Positions 47,780-58,153 of a stretch of DNA of 64,000 nt are shown in pieces. The translations under genes and the position numbers were made by a program. Origin of the DNA: Cytophagaceae bacterium. Its GTDB lineage: Bacteria > Bacteroidota > Bacteroidia > Cytophagales > Spirosomataceae. The stretch lies in the NCBI GenBank assembly GCA_031420365.1, contig JANOMP010000343.1:4386-68385 (forward strand), read 5' to 3'. Each line of letters starts with the position of its first letter. Position 1 is the first letter of the stretch. The notes below the pieces were generated by a model, which was not told the DNA's origin, did not search any database, and saw only the letters and a program-made list of their open reading frames with translations.

Positions 47780-48433
47780 TTGAACCTTTTAAAAGTTTCC
47801 CGAGTTTTTCGTATTGTGGATACAAAGAATAGAATATTAAAATCGGCTGAATTGCTTTTTCTTCGCTTAGGCATTAAGAGCATTACTATGGATGATATTG
47901 CTAAAGAACTTGGAATATCAAAAAAAACTATTTACCTACACTTTATTGATAAAAATCAAATCGTAAATGAAGTTATTTCAATCGCTTTGGAAAGAGAAAA
48001 AATAGAGGCCGAAGTAATTTATAAAAAAGCCAAGAACCCAATTGATGAGATTTTTCTTAGTACTAATAAAATGTATGAAATATTTGAAAATATTAATCCT
48101 GTTATGCTATTCGATTTACAAAAATATCACCCTCAAGCATGGGATAAATATTTAGCATTTAAAATAAACTTTTTAGATATAGTAAAAAGGAATATGTTAG
48201 ATGGAATTCATCAAAAATTGTACAGAAGCGATGTTGATGTTGAAATAATGGCTAAACTAAGAGTTGAATCTGTTGATTTAGCTTTTAATATGAAGATTTT
48301 TTCCCCAAAAAACTTCAAACTTATTACTGTTCAAATCCATTTTATCGACCACTTCATTAGAGGCATTGTAAGCCCAATAGGGCTGGAGATTTATGAAAAA
48401 TACAAGCAAGAATTAAAAATAAATACTTTATGA
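47780..48433 (+). CDS. TetR/AcrR-family transcriptional regulator
   Basis: HTH ITMDDIAKELGISKKTIYLHF. The start is uncertain (TTG 47780 or GTG 47816). Confidence 0.85.
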   Translation: MNLLKVSRVFRIVDTKNRILKSAELLFLRLGIKSITMDDIAKELGISKKTIYLHFIDKNQIVNEVISIALEREKIEAEVIYKKAKNPIDEIFLSTNKMYEIFENINPVMLFDLQKYHPQAWDKYLAFKINFLDIVKRNMLDGIHQKLYRSDVDVEIMAKLRVESVDLAFNMKIFSPKNFKLITVQIHFIDHFIRGIVSPIGLEIYEKYKQELKINTL

Positions 48434-49764
48434 TTAAATACATTTCGCTCTTATTTGTTTTGTTATTTAGCATTACAAAACTTGAAGCCCAATATGCTTT
48501 TAGCATAGAAGAGGCCGTAACCTTTGGATTAAAAAATCACGCAAATGTTAAAAATGCCATAGTTGGTATTCAAGATGCCGAGCTCCAAATTAAAGAAATT
48601 AAGTATGCTGGTTTGCCACTGGTAAATGGGCAGTTTTCTTATACCTACAATGCAATTGTTCCTACTTCGATTTTGCCTGCTAAAACATTCAATCCAAATG
48701 CTGCAGAGGGTGAAATATCCAAAGTAAGATTTGGAGTGCCATGGGGCGGACAGACTGGAATTGGAGTAAATCAATTAATTTTTGATGCTACTTGGTTAGT
48801 AGGGATTCGTGCAGCCGACACCTATCGAAAAATGGCCGCTCAAGAACTGGAGAAGTCGCAAATAGACATAGCAGAAAATGTTAAAAAAGCATATTATTCG
48901 GCTCTAGTGGCTGAACAGCGTGCAAATATTTTTAATTTAAATATTGCTCGTCTTGATTCAGCTATTTTTCAAACAGTGCAGTATTTTAAACAAGGTTTTG
49001 CTGAAAAAATTGATATAGATAGACTAAATGTTCAGAGGAATAATCTAGTAACTGAAAAGCAAAAAATCAAAAATTTAATTGAACTTACTTATCAATTATT
49101 GAAATTCCAAATGTCATATCCAATTGGACAGAAAATTACGCTAACAGACAAACTTGATATTGAAAATGTAAAGTTGATAAGGTCAACATTGGTGGAAGAG
49201 GTAAACCCTCAAAAAAGAATTGAGTTTTCACAAATTGAAACTTCTAGGAAACTTACCTTACTAAACGTAGAAAGAATACAAAAAGGAATTTTTCCGTCTG
49301 TTGCTTTTAATGGTAGTTTTGGGGCTGGACACGGAAATCCTGTTTTTAATCCATTTGAACGATGGTTTCCTAGTTCGGCTTTGTCTTTGGCGGTTAGAAT
49401 TCCTATTTATGATTCAGGTTTAAGAAAAGTACAGATGGAACGGCAACGTTTAAATATCATTAAAATTGATAATGGGGCGGAGTTGTTAAAAGAATCTTTT
49501 AAACTTCAAAATGAACAAGCTAAAATAAACTTAAAAAATGGTTTTGAAAGTTTGGATGTTCAGTCTAGAAATATGGATTTAGCCCAGGAAGTATTAAGTG
49601 TTTCCAAAATAAAGTACCTGCAAGGCGTTGGTTCTAACCTAGAAGTTGTAAATGCCGAGTCGGATCTTAAACAAGCTCAAAATAACTATTTCAGTGCTCT
49701 ATATGATGTTTTAATTTCTAAAGTTGATTTAGATAAAGCCCAAGGTAATTTAATTAAAAATTAA
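48430..49764 (+). CDS. TolC-family outer membrane efflux protein
   Basis: Two OEP repeats and a signal peptide. ATGA overlap with the TetR gene. Confidence 0.85.
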   Translation: MIKYISLLFVLLFSITKLEAQYAFSIEEAVTFGLKNHANVKNAIVGIQDAELQIKEIKYAGLPLVNGQFSYTYNAIVPTSILPAKTFNPNAAEGEISKVRFGVPWGGQTGIGVNQLIFDATWLVGIRAADTYRKMAAQELEKSQIDIAENVKKAYYSALVAEQRANIFNLNIARLDSAIFQTVQYFKQGFAEKIDIDRLNVQRNNLVTEKQKIKNLIELTYQLLKFQMSYPIGQKITLTDKLDIENVKLIRSTLVEEVNPQKRIEFSQIETSRKLTLLNVERIQKGIFPSVAFNGSFGAGHGNPVFNPFERWFPSSALSLAVRIPIYDSGLRKVQMERQRLNIIKIDNGAELLKESFKLQNEQAKINLKNGFESLDVQSRNMDLAQEVLSVSKIKYLQGVGSNLEVVNAESDLKQAQNNYFSALYDVLISKVDLDKAQGNLIKN

Positions 49765-49783
49765 AAAATTTACGAAAAATAAT

Positions 49784-50932
49784 ATGAAACAAAATAGACA
49801 AAAATTTATCATCGCTTTTGCAACTATCATCTTAATAGTATCCGTCGTTTCGTGTGGTAAAAAAGAAGACAACACCCTGTTAGGGAAAAAAGCACAATTA
49901 GCGGAATTAAAAAAAGAGCAACTGGCTGTTAATGATAAAATAACAAATCTTCAAAAAGAAATAGAAAAGCTGGAGCCTTCAAAAGAAGAAAAAGTTAAAA
50001 CCGTGGTGGCATCACCTGTTTTAGCTTCAAATTTTCAACATTTTGTTGAATCTACTGGTAGGCTAGAAGCAGAAAACAACGTATTTGTAAGTCCTCAAAT
50101 GGGTGGAGCTATCACTAAAATTTTTGTAAAAGTGGGAGACTTTGTTACCAAAGGACAAAAAATTGCGACTTTGGATAACTCGATATTGAGAAACTCAATT
50201 CAAGAAGTTCAACTTCAACTTGAAACCGCAAAAACAATTTTTGAAAGACAAAAGAATCTTTGGGATCAAAAAATAGGAACAGAAGTACAATATATTCAAG
50301 CTAAATCTTCTGTGGAATCATTAGAGCGTCGGATTGTAACTTTGCGTTCACAAGATGGAATGAATGTAGTTTTATCTCCAATTTCTGGAGTTGTAGATGA
50401 AGTAAGGCTTAAAGAAGGCGAAATAGCTGCACCAGGTTTGGGTATTTTGAGAGTGGTAAATCTAAATGATTTAAAGGTAGTTGCAAATATTTCCGATACC
50501 TATGCGGGTACCATTTCGAAAGGAAACTTGATCTCCATTAAATTTCCTGATTTAAATAAAGAGATTAAAACTGTTATTAGCTATGTAAGTCAAACTATTA
50601 ATCCGGCTTCTAGGACTTTTACAGTAGAAGCTAAAGTGCCAAATATAGACAAATCGCTAAAGCCTAATCTTTTAGCAATTGTTAGTATTAATGACCAGTC
50701 GAAAGGTGGAGCAATTGTTATTCCACAAAATTTAGTCCAAAACACCGAGCAGGGATCAATAGTTTATGTAATAGAATCAGAAGGAAATAAAAAAATTGCC
50801 CGGTCTAGAATTATAACGTCTGGCCTTACCTATGACGGAAAAGTGGAGATAAAATCTGGCTTAAAAGTAGGTGATACATTAATTACTGAAGGCTATCAAG
50901 AGATTGTTGACGGCCAATTGGTGAACTATTAA
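49784..50932 (+). CDS. RND efflux periplasmic adaptor (MFP)
   Basis: Lipobox VSC, a coiled-coil hairpin and barrel-sandwich hybrid motifs. Confidence 0.88.
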   Translation: MKQNRQKFIIAFATIILIVSVVSCGKKEDNTLLGKKAQLAELKKEQLAVNDKITNLQKEIEKLEPSKEEKVKTVVASPVLASNFQHFVESTGRLEAENNVFVSPQMGGAITKIFVKVGDFVTKGQKIATLDNSILRNSIQEVQLQLETAKTIFERQKNLWDQKIGTEVQYIQAKSSVESLERRIVTLRSQDGMNVVLSPISGVVDEVRLKEGEIAAPGLGILRVVNLNDLKVVANISDTYAGTISKGNLISIKFPDLNKEIKTVISYVSQTINPASRTFTVEAKVPNIDKSLKPNLLAIVSINDQSKGGAIVIPQNLVQNTEQGSIVYVIESEGNKKIARSRIITSGLTYDGKVEIKSGLKVGDTLITEGYQEIVDGQLVNY

Positions 50933-50964
50933 TTCCACATTTACCAATTTTCAAAAATTAATAT

Positions 50965-53900
50965 ATGAAAGATAATAATAATTTACATGAGTCTGACCAA
51001 CTTCCAGAGGCCAAAGGTCTGATTTATAATATGATTGGAGGTTTAGCAAGAAACAAAACTACCGTTTATTTGCTAACTATCCTTGTCACATTTGCAGGCT
51101 ACTTTATATTTAATGGCTTACCAAAAGAACAATTTCCTGAAATAGTTGTCCCTACTATTATTGTACAAACGGTATATGCAGGTACTACACCAGCCGATAT
51201 AGAAAACCTGATAAATAAACCGTTAGAAAAGCAGTTGAAATCGGAAAAAGGGGTGAAAAGCATAAAGTCTAACGCTCTACAAGATATTTCTATAATTTCA
51301 GTGGAATTTCAAACTGGGGTGGATGTTCAAGCTGCCAAAGAAAGAGTGAAAAGTGGCATTGACAAAGCAAAAAGAGATTTACCCAAAGATCTTACACAGG
51401 ATCCTACTGCATTGGAAGTTAATTTTTCAGAATTTCCAATCATGAACATCAATGTTTCTGGAAATTTTCCTTTAGGTAAACTAAAAAGTTATGCGGAGCA
51501 ATTACAAGATAAAATTGAAGCTTTGCCAGAAATAACACGAGTGGATATAATTGGAGCATTAAATCGTGAGGTCCAGATAAACTTGGATATCAATAAAATG
51601 AAGTCGTATGGAATAACATTTTTTGATATTCAGTCCGCTGTTCAAGGAGAAAACGTAAATATTTCTGGAGGCGAATTGAATATTAACGATGTTAGGAGAA
51701 CCTTACGAGTAGCAGGAGAATTTAAAACGATTTCTCAAATAGAGAATTTGATTTTCCGTACTGGCCAGGGTGCCACTGTAAGACTTGGAGATGTGGCTCA
51801 AATTTCTGATTCTAATGCGGAGCGCCAAGATTTTGCCAGACTTGACAACAAATCTGTGGTAACTCTAAATATTATAAAGCGTGGCGGAGAAAATTTAGTT
51901 ATAGCTTCCGAGAAGATTTTTGCAATACTAGATGAGTTTAAAGCTGGTGAAGTGCCCCAAGAGTTAGAAATTACTGTAACAGCTGATTCTTCCGAAAGAA
52001 CAAAAGGGGATATTAATGATTTGATAAATACTGTAGTATTGGGTTTTATATTTGTGGTACTTGTACTGATGTTTTTTATGGGTGTGCGTGATGCTATCTT
52101 TGTAGGGTTATCCGTTCCACTTTCTGCCCTATTGGCTTTCTATCCTTTGTTACTAATGGGTTTTACATTAAATACAATTGTACTTTTTGCATTTTTATTA
52201 GGTTTGGGAATTGTAGTTGATGATGCCATTGTGGTAATTGAAAACTCACATAGACTATTCAATCAACATAAAAATCTAAGCATTGTTGAAGCTGTAAAGC
52301 TGGCAGCTTCAGAAGTATTTGTACCCGTATTATCGGGAACATTAACCACCATCGCTCCATTTTTACCGCTGTTATTTTGGAGCGGAATAGTTGGCGAATT
52401 TATGAAATACTTGCCTTTTACCCTCATATTTACTTTAATAGCCTCTTTAATAGTGGCCTATGTTATGAATCCTATCTTTGCTATTTCTTTTATGAAACGA
52501 GAAGATGAAGAAAAGGCAAAACCTGTAAACTTTTCAGCTATAAAAAAACCACTAATGATACTTTTATCAATTGCTGCGTTTTGTTATGTGATTTCTTTTG
52601 GTGGGAGCACCACCTTTAGAGGATTAGCCAATTTCACACTAATGATTACCATTCTTTATGTATTTAATCATTATATACTTACTCCAAAAATTATCATTCC
52701 TTTTCAGGAAAGGCTTTTGCCAAAATTAAAAACGAATTACAAAAAACTAATCTCTTGGCTTATTAAAGGATGGAGGCCAATTTTTGCCGTTTTAAGTATG
52801 TTTGTTTTATTGATTTTTACTTTTGTTATGATGGGGATTGTAAAACCCAAAGTGATATTTTTTCCAAGTGCCGAACCCGATTATATTTATGTGTATAATG
52901 TAATGCCCATTGGTACCGATGCACTCAAAACCGATATAATGACTCGTGAAATTGAAAAACGAGTGTTCGAAGTTATAAAAGAAAACAAAGCCGAAATGGC
53001 TATTAATTCGGTAATATCTAATGTTGGAAAAAATGCTGGAGACCCTATGAACCAAGACCGTGCGGCTACACCTCACAAGTCTAAGGTCACTATAGCATTT
53101 GTAAGTAAAATAGATAGAGGAAATATTTCTTCACAAGAATTACTAAATAAAGTTAGAGAAAAGCTAAATGGCTTACCAGGAACTGAGATTTCTGTGCAAA
53201 GAGAAAATAATGGCCCCCCCACAGGCAAGCCAATTTCGATAGAAATTATAGGCAAAGAGTTTGATGAAATGATTCGAATCGAAAAAGAGATCAAAGCTAA
53301 AATAGCCGCTGCGGGGATAGAAGGCATTGAAGAGCTAAAATCTGACTTGGTTGTAAATAAGCCCGAAATTATTGTAAATGTGGATAGAGAAAAGGCTTCA
53401 AGAGAAGGTATTAGCTCTGCACAAGTTGCAATGGCTATACGAACGGCCCTTTTTGGTTCAGAAATTTCAAAGTTTAGAGATGCCGAAGACGAGTACCCAA
53501 TTCAGTTAAGACTAAAACAAGAGGATAGAAATCAAGTAGAGAAGTTGTTGAGCATGAATATTACCTACAGAGACATGAATTTGGGTGGGGTATTAAGAAA
53601 TGTGCCTTTGGCTTCCATTGCTAACATTAGTTATTCTTCTACATTTTCACAAATTAATAGAAAAAATAACGAAAGGATGATTACATTAGGCTCAGATGTT
53701 ATAGAGCCTTTTAATCCAACAGAAGTAAATACTGAGATTTTTAAGACGATTTCAGACATAGCTTTGCCTTCTGGTTATAGTATTCGACAAGGGGGAGAAC
53801 AAGAAGAACAGGCTGCAACAGGTGCATTTTTAGCTTCGGCATTTGGAATAGCTATGATCTTAATTTATTTGATTTTGGCGACTCAATTTAATTCAATAGT

Positions 53901-54387
53901 AAAGCCAATTATAATTTTCGTTACGATTTTGTTAAGCTTAATAGGGGTTTTGTTAGGTTTTATGTTATTTGGAAAAACGTTTTCTGTCTTGATGTCTGGT
54001 GTTGGAATAATAGCCTTAGCCGGAATAGTGGTCAAAAACGGAATTCTGATTATTGAATTTACAGACGAACTCCTAGCTAGAGGCTATAGTTTAAAGGATG
54101 CAATTGTAGAAGCGGGTTCAACGCGTCTTACGCCAGTATTGCTTACAGCTGCTTCTGCAGTATTAGGACTAGTTCCCTTGGCTTTTGGCCTTACAATAGA
54201 CTTTGCCGCATTATTTGTAGATCTAAGTTTTAATGTTCACGTTGGAGGCGATAGTGCAGTTTTCTGGAATATTTTGGCTTGGACCATAATATACGGATTA
54301 ACATTTTCAACTATCCTTACCTTACTAATTTTGCCTTGTATGTATTATATCAATGAACGCTTAAAATTGAAACTTTGGAAAAAGTAA
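50965..54387 (+). CDS. RND efflux permease (AcrB/HAE1-like)
   Basis: 1140 aa with 12 TM segments and the conserved GLGIVVDDAIVVIEN. Confidence 0.93.
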   Translation: MKDNNNLHESDQLPEAKGLIYNMIGGLARNKTTVYLLTILVTFAGYFIFNGLPKEQFPEIVVPTIIVQTVYAGTTPADIENLINKPLEKQLKSEKGVKSIKSNALQDISIISVEFQTGVDVQAAKERVKSGIDKAKRDLPKDLTQDPTALEVNFSEFPIMNINVSGNFPLGKLKSYAEQLQDKIEALPEITRVDIIGALNREVQINLDINKMKSYGITFFDIQSAVQGENVNISGGELNINDVRRTLRVAGEFKTISQIENLIFRTGQGATVRLGDVAQISDSNAERQDFARLDNKSVVTLNIIKRGGENLVIASEKIFAILDEFKAGEVPQELEITVTADSSERTKGDINDLINTVVLGFIFVVLVLMFFMGVRDAIFVGLSVPLSALLAFYPLLLMGFTLNTIVLFAFLLGLGIVVDDAIVVIENSHRLFNQHKNLSIVEAVKLAASEVFVPVLSGTLTTIAPFLPLLFWSGIVGEFMKYLPFTLIFTLIASLIVAYVMNPIFAISFMKREDEEKAKPVNFSAIKKPLMILLSIAAFCYVISFGGSTTFRGLANFTLMITILYVFNHYILTPKIIIPFQERLLPKLKTNYKKLISWLIKGWRPIFAVLSMFVLLIFTFVMMGIVKPKVIFFPSAEPDYIYVYNVMPIGTDALKTDIMTREIEKRVFEVIKENKAEMAINSVISNVGKNAGDPMNQDRAATPHKSKVTIAFVSKIDRGNISSQELLNKVREKLNGLPGTEISVQRENNGPPTGKPISIEIIGKEFDEMIRIEKEIKAKIAAAGIEGIEELKSDLVVNKPEIIVNVDREKASREGISSAQVAMAIRTALFGSEISKFRDAEDEYPIQLRLKQEDRNQVEKLLSMNITYRDMNLGGVLRNVPLASIANISYSSTFSQINRKNNERMITLGSDVIEPFNPTEVNTEIFKTISDIALPSGYSIRQGGEQEEQAATGAFLASAFGIAMILIYLILATQFNSIVKPIIIFVTILLSLIGVLLGFMLFGKTFSVLMSGVGIIALAGIVVKNGILIIEFTDELLARGYSLKDAIVEAGSTRLTPVLLTAASAVLGLVPLAFGLTIDFAALFVDLSFNVHVGGDSAVFWNILAWTIIYGLTFSTILTLLILPCMYYINERLKLKLWKK

Positions 54388-54408
54388 GCATTGTAAATTT
54401 GGCTTTAC

Positions 54409-54450
54409 CTAGAAACCTCCTAACTTGTTTAGGAGGTTTCTAGTTTAAAT
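54409..54450 (+). terminator. Intrinsic terminator of the RND operon
   Basis: 15-bp perfect stem CTAGAAACCTCCTAA/TTAGGAGGTTTCTAG with a 5-nt loop, followed by T-rich sequence. Confidence 0.8.
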
Positions 54451-54584
54451 ATTTTCTAGAATAGAATAATAATCAATAAAAGAAAACTTAATAATCCCTT
54501 TTCCTTAATTTCTTGAACAAAATTCAAAGAAAGACTCATAGAATATTGGCTCTTTTTTTGAATATGTTTGTAAAAGCGAAATAA

Positions 54585-55454
54585 CTACTTACTATTTACA
54601 CTTAAAATCTCCACATCAAAAATCAAAGGTGCAAATGGGGGAATCTTTGAGTTTCCTGTAGTTCCATATCCAATAGAAGAAGGAAAAACCAATTTTGCTT
54701 TTTCCCCTTTCTTTAATTTTCCTAGACCTTCCGAAAATCCTGCTATCACATTACCTGCTCCAATAGTATATGGAAATGTTCCACTATCAAAAGAAGTTTC
54801 ATTTAGATACATTCCATTATATTTTACAGACAAAACATCACCCGTTTTTAGAATCTCCTCTTTTGTGGGTTCATTAGTTCTGATAAAACGTAATCCAGTG
54901 CTAGTTTTCTCAGTTACATTCAATTTCTTCTTTTTTATAAACAAATCTATTTTTTCATCTTCAGAAAAAAGCTTTAAAAGCTCTATCTCTAATAAAATAA
55001 CTTCATTTTTGGCGACCCCCGCAGGAGGTGATTCAGCAAATGCTAAATAGGAGGGAATTAAAAATTGTCCTTTCTCTCCTTCTTTTAATAACAACATAGA
55101 AGCCAAAAAACCATCAAACAATTGAGTTCCATACAAATTAATAATTGTGGAATCTTTAGCTATTTTTTTTTCTAACTGAGTCCCGTTTAGCAACCCAATG
55201 GAATAAGCTATATAAAAATCAAATTTCGCTCCACTTATTTGGCCACTGGGGTTTGTATTTATTAAACGATAAAAAATGCCTGTACTTGGGTCTTTAGTAA
55301 AATTAAGAGCGTTTTTATTTGCATAAGCTGTAATAATAGCCTCATTCTCTTTCAGAATTTTGTCCACATCACTTTCAACAAATTTGCCTAAACATGACAC
55401 CATTACCACCGCAGGTAATATCAAAATTACAAATTTTCTAATTTTAAATATCAT
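54585..55454 (-). CDS. FKBP-type peptidyl-prolyl cis-trans isomerase (lipoprotein)
   Basis: C-terminal FKBP domain with VKYNGMYLNETSFDSG...VIAGFSEGL...PPFAPLIFDVEIL. Confidence 0.85.
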   Translation of the reverse strand: MIFKIRKFVILILPAVVMVSCLGKFVESDVDKILKENEAIITAYANKNALNFTKDPSTGIFYRLINTNPSGQISGAKFDFYIAYSIGLLNGTQLEKKIAKDSTIINLYGTQLFDGFLASMLLLKEGEKGQFLIPSYLAFAESPPAGVAKNEVILLEIELLKLFSEDEKIDLFIKKKKLNVTEKTSTGLRFIRTNEPTKEEILKTGDVLSVKYNGMYLNETSFDSGTFPYTIGAGNVIAGFSEGLGKLKKGEKAKLVFPSSIGYGTTGNSKIPPFAPLIFDVEILSVNSK

Positions 55455-55539
55455 GCTTATTTATTCATTTTAAAAGAGTGTATGTTCATTTTCGCCTTAA
55501 AAACGAACATACAGACTAAATATTTATAATAAAATTCTA

Positions 55540-56379
55540 CTATTTAATACCTAAAAGCTCAATATCGAAAACCAATGGAGTATTTGGTGGAATTGATCCA
55601 CCTGCTCCTTGCTCTCCATAAGCTAATGAAGAAGGAATCACAAATGTACTTTTTCCACCTACTTTCATTGTCATTAAGGCTTTATCCCAACCTGGAATAA
55701 CTTGCCCCATCGCAATAGGAAATGAAAACTCTTGTCCTTTAGGATTCTGATCAAATATTTTTCCATCCATAAACTTTCCTACATAATTAACAGATACGGT
55801 TTTCCCTTGCGTTGGCGTTGCCCCAGTACCCACAACATTTTCAAGAAAATAAATTCCATCAATGGTTTTAGTGGCGGTTTTAAGACTTTTTGCTACAAAT
55901 TCTTCAATAAATTTACCTTCATTATTTTTCTTCTCTATCATTGCTTTCTGAAAACCTTCCTTTGTTTGAACTTTGGTCATTTTAACAGTAAATTTCAAAT
56001 CACTTCCCTTTTTGATACCTGGAGGCAAAGGTTGTGTCATGGCATTAAACAAAGAATCAGCACTTACCAATACAGTTGTGCTATCTCCTTCGGCAATGTG
56101 AAATAATGCACTTTCAAAAGAACCCTTAAATTGTCCTTTTTGAAGAGGCACTGTAAAAGGTTGACCTTCTTTATAGCTGTCTTTTATTACGGAATCAGTA
56201 GAAGATTTAATAATAAGGTGAAATGTTACTATATCTCCATCTTTCCCTACTTGGCCAGATTTTCCTTTCTCGTGAATTTGTAATCTATCCCCATCGGCTG
56301 TGGTAGTTACTTTAAATTTATCGCAAGAAGTTAAACCCGCAATAATAAATAGACCTAAAACTTTAGTACTTAATTTCAT
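55540..56379 (-). CDS. FKBP-type peptidyl-prolyl cis-trans isomerase (lipoprotein)
   Basis: VNYVGKFMDGKIFDQN...VIPGWDKAL...PPNTPLVFDIELL. Confidence 0.88.
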   Translation of the reverse strand: MKLSTKVLGLFIIAGLTSCDKFKVTTTADGDRLQIHEKGKSGQVGKDGDIVTFHLIIKSSTDSVIKDSYKEGQPFTVPLQKGQFKGSFESALFHIAEGDSTTVLVSADSLFNAMTQPLPPGIKKGSDLKFTVKMTKVQTKEGFQKAMIEKKNNEGKFIEEFVAKSLKTATKTIDGIYFLENVVGTGATPTQGKTVSVNYVGKFMDGKIFDQNPKGQEFSFPIAMGQVIPGWDKALMTMKVGGKSTFVIPSSLAYGEQGAGGSIPPNTPLVFDIELLGIK

Positions 56380-56409
56380 TAGAATGTATTTTGGTATGAT
56401 TATAAAAAC

Positions 56410-57456
56410 TTAATTTGGTTGTAAAAGCAATTGATTTTTGTAAAACGGCAGCAAATTTAGGAATTTTTCTACTGTTTCCTCTAATGTTTTTAAAGATCTT
56501 CCTCCAGCTGCATTTTTATGACCCCCACCATCAAAATGAGTTCTTGCAATTTCTGAAACAGAAAAATCCTCCACCGATCGAAATGAAATTTTAATTATCC
56601 CGTCCTTTTCAATAAAAATGACGGCCATAACTACATTAGAAATAGAAAGACCATAGTTTACAATTCCTTCAGTATCCCCGCTTTTTGAATTATATCTCTT
56701 AAGTTCACTTTCAGAAATATAAAAATAGCAAATTCTATATTCAGATAAATAAACCATCTTTTTGTTTAAAACATACCCTAAAAACTTAAGTCTATCAAAG
56801 GTATTGTTGTCAAAAAGGTCTCTATAAATCGTACTCGGCCTAACCCCTAAATTGAGTAACTCTCCCGCTATTCTATGTACTTCCGAGTTGGTAGCATCAT
56901 ATTTAAATGAACCTGTATCGGTAATTAGTCCTGTATATAAGCATTTTGCAGTAGCTAAATTTATTTTTGTTTTATAACCTAATTTATCGATAAGCTGAAA
57001 AATTAGTTCACATGTAGATGATGCTTTCTGATTCCAAAATACTAAATCCGCAAAATCCTCTGGCTCTTCATGATGGTCAATTATTATTTTTTTTCCTTTC
57101 GCACCCAAAAGTAATGCTTTCATGTCTTTAACTCTATCAACTGCTGAAAAGTCACAGCAAAATAAAATATCTGCTTGATTAATTAATTTCTCAACAGTAA
57201 TTTTATTTTTTGGATCAAAAACTACAATTTCCTCAACGCCAGGCATCCATCCTAGAAAATCTGCATAATCAGTTGGACTAATGAAAGTTACGCTTTCGAA
57301 ATCAAAACATTTTAAAAAAGCAGTTAATCCTAAGCCTGAGCCAAATGCATCACCATCAGGATTTTGATGGCTTGTAATGACAATATTTTTTGCATTTGAA
57401 AACCAATCATTAAATTTCAGTAATTTCTGTGAATCGTCCGTAAAGTAACTTACCAT
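56410..57456 (-). CDS. DHH-family phosphoesterase (NrnA-like)
   Basis: SHQNPDGDAFGS, DHH and GGGHKNAAGG motifs. Start at ATG 57456. Confidence 0.85.
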   Translation of the reverse strand: MVSYFTDDSQKLLKFNDWFSNAKNIVITSHQNPDGDAFGSGLGLTAFLKCFDFESVTFISPTDYADFLGWMPGVEEIVVFDPKNKITVEKLINQADILFCCDFSAVDRVKDMKALLLGAKGKKIIIDHHEEPEDFADLVFWNQKASSTCELIFQLIDKLGYKTKINLATAKCLYTGLITDTGSFKYDATNSEVHRIAGELLNLGVRPSTIYRDLFDNNTFDRLKFLGYVLNKKMVYLSEYRICYFYISESELKRYNSKSGDTEGIVNYGLSISNVVMAVIFIEKDGIIKISFRSVEDFSVSEIARTHFDGGGHKNAAGGRSLKTLEETVEKFLNLLPFYKNQLLLQPN

Positions 57457-57647
57457 ATCTTTTTTTAAACGCACGCAATTTACGAACCTAATTCGATTTA
57501 ACTTTTAGAACTCCGTTAAAATCTTACATACTTGGACAATTTAACTCGATTTTAAAAAAATAATTCTGATTTTATGAAACCATTTTCTTGTTTTGAAAGG
57601 ATTAAACTAAAATTCATTATTATTGCGAAAATTATTAAAACAACAAT

Positions 57648-58067
57648 ATGTCAAATAACCGGACTTATACCATGGTAAAACCACATGCAGTGGCGGATAA
57701 TCATGTAGGTGGAATAACAAAAATGATAGAAGAAGGAGGATTTAGGATAGTAGCAATTAAAAAACTGCATTTAACAGCAGCCCAAGCTGGCAAGTTTTAC
57801 GGTGTTCATGCAGAGCGCTCATTTTATAGTGAATTATGCGAAATGATGTCGGCTGGTCCAATTGTAGCTATGATTTTAGAAAAAGAAAATGCAGTTGCTG
57901 ACTTTAGACGCTTGATTGGAGCTACCGATCCTGCTGAAGCCACTGAAAACACGATTAGAAAAGCTTATGCAAAATCAAAAGCAGAAAACGCAGTACATGG
58001 ATCAGATTCTGATGAAAACGCAGCAATTGAAAGCTCTTTCTTTTTTAGTGGTTTAGAAAGTTTTTAA
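57648..58067 (+). CDS. ndk: Nucleoside diphosphate kinase
   Basis: [11 protein letters not shown]...NAVHGSDS active-site motif. Confidence 0.95.
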   Translation: MSNNRTYTMVKPHAVADNHVGGITKMIEEGGFRIVAIKKLHLTAAQAGKFYGVHAERSFYSELCEMMSAGPIVAMILEKENAVADFRRLIGATDPAEATENTIRKAYAKSKAENAVHGSDSDENAAIESSFFFSGLESF

Positions 58068-58108
58068 ACACTTGATTCAAAATTTTGGTTACAATATACT
58101 AATTGTAA

Positions 58109-58141
58109 CAAGTATCATCCCATAAAGTTGATGCTTGTTTT
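58109..58141 (+). terminator. Candidate ndk terminator
   Basis: CAAGTATCA/TGATGCTTG is a 9-bp stem with one G-U pair, followed by TTTT. Confidence 0.5.
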
Positions 58142-58153
58142 AAATTCTTAATA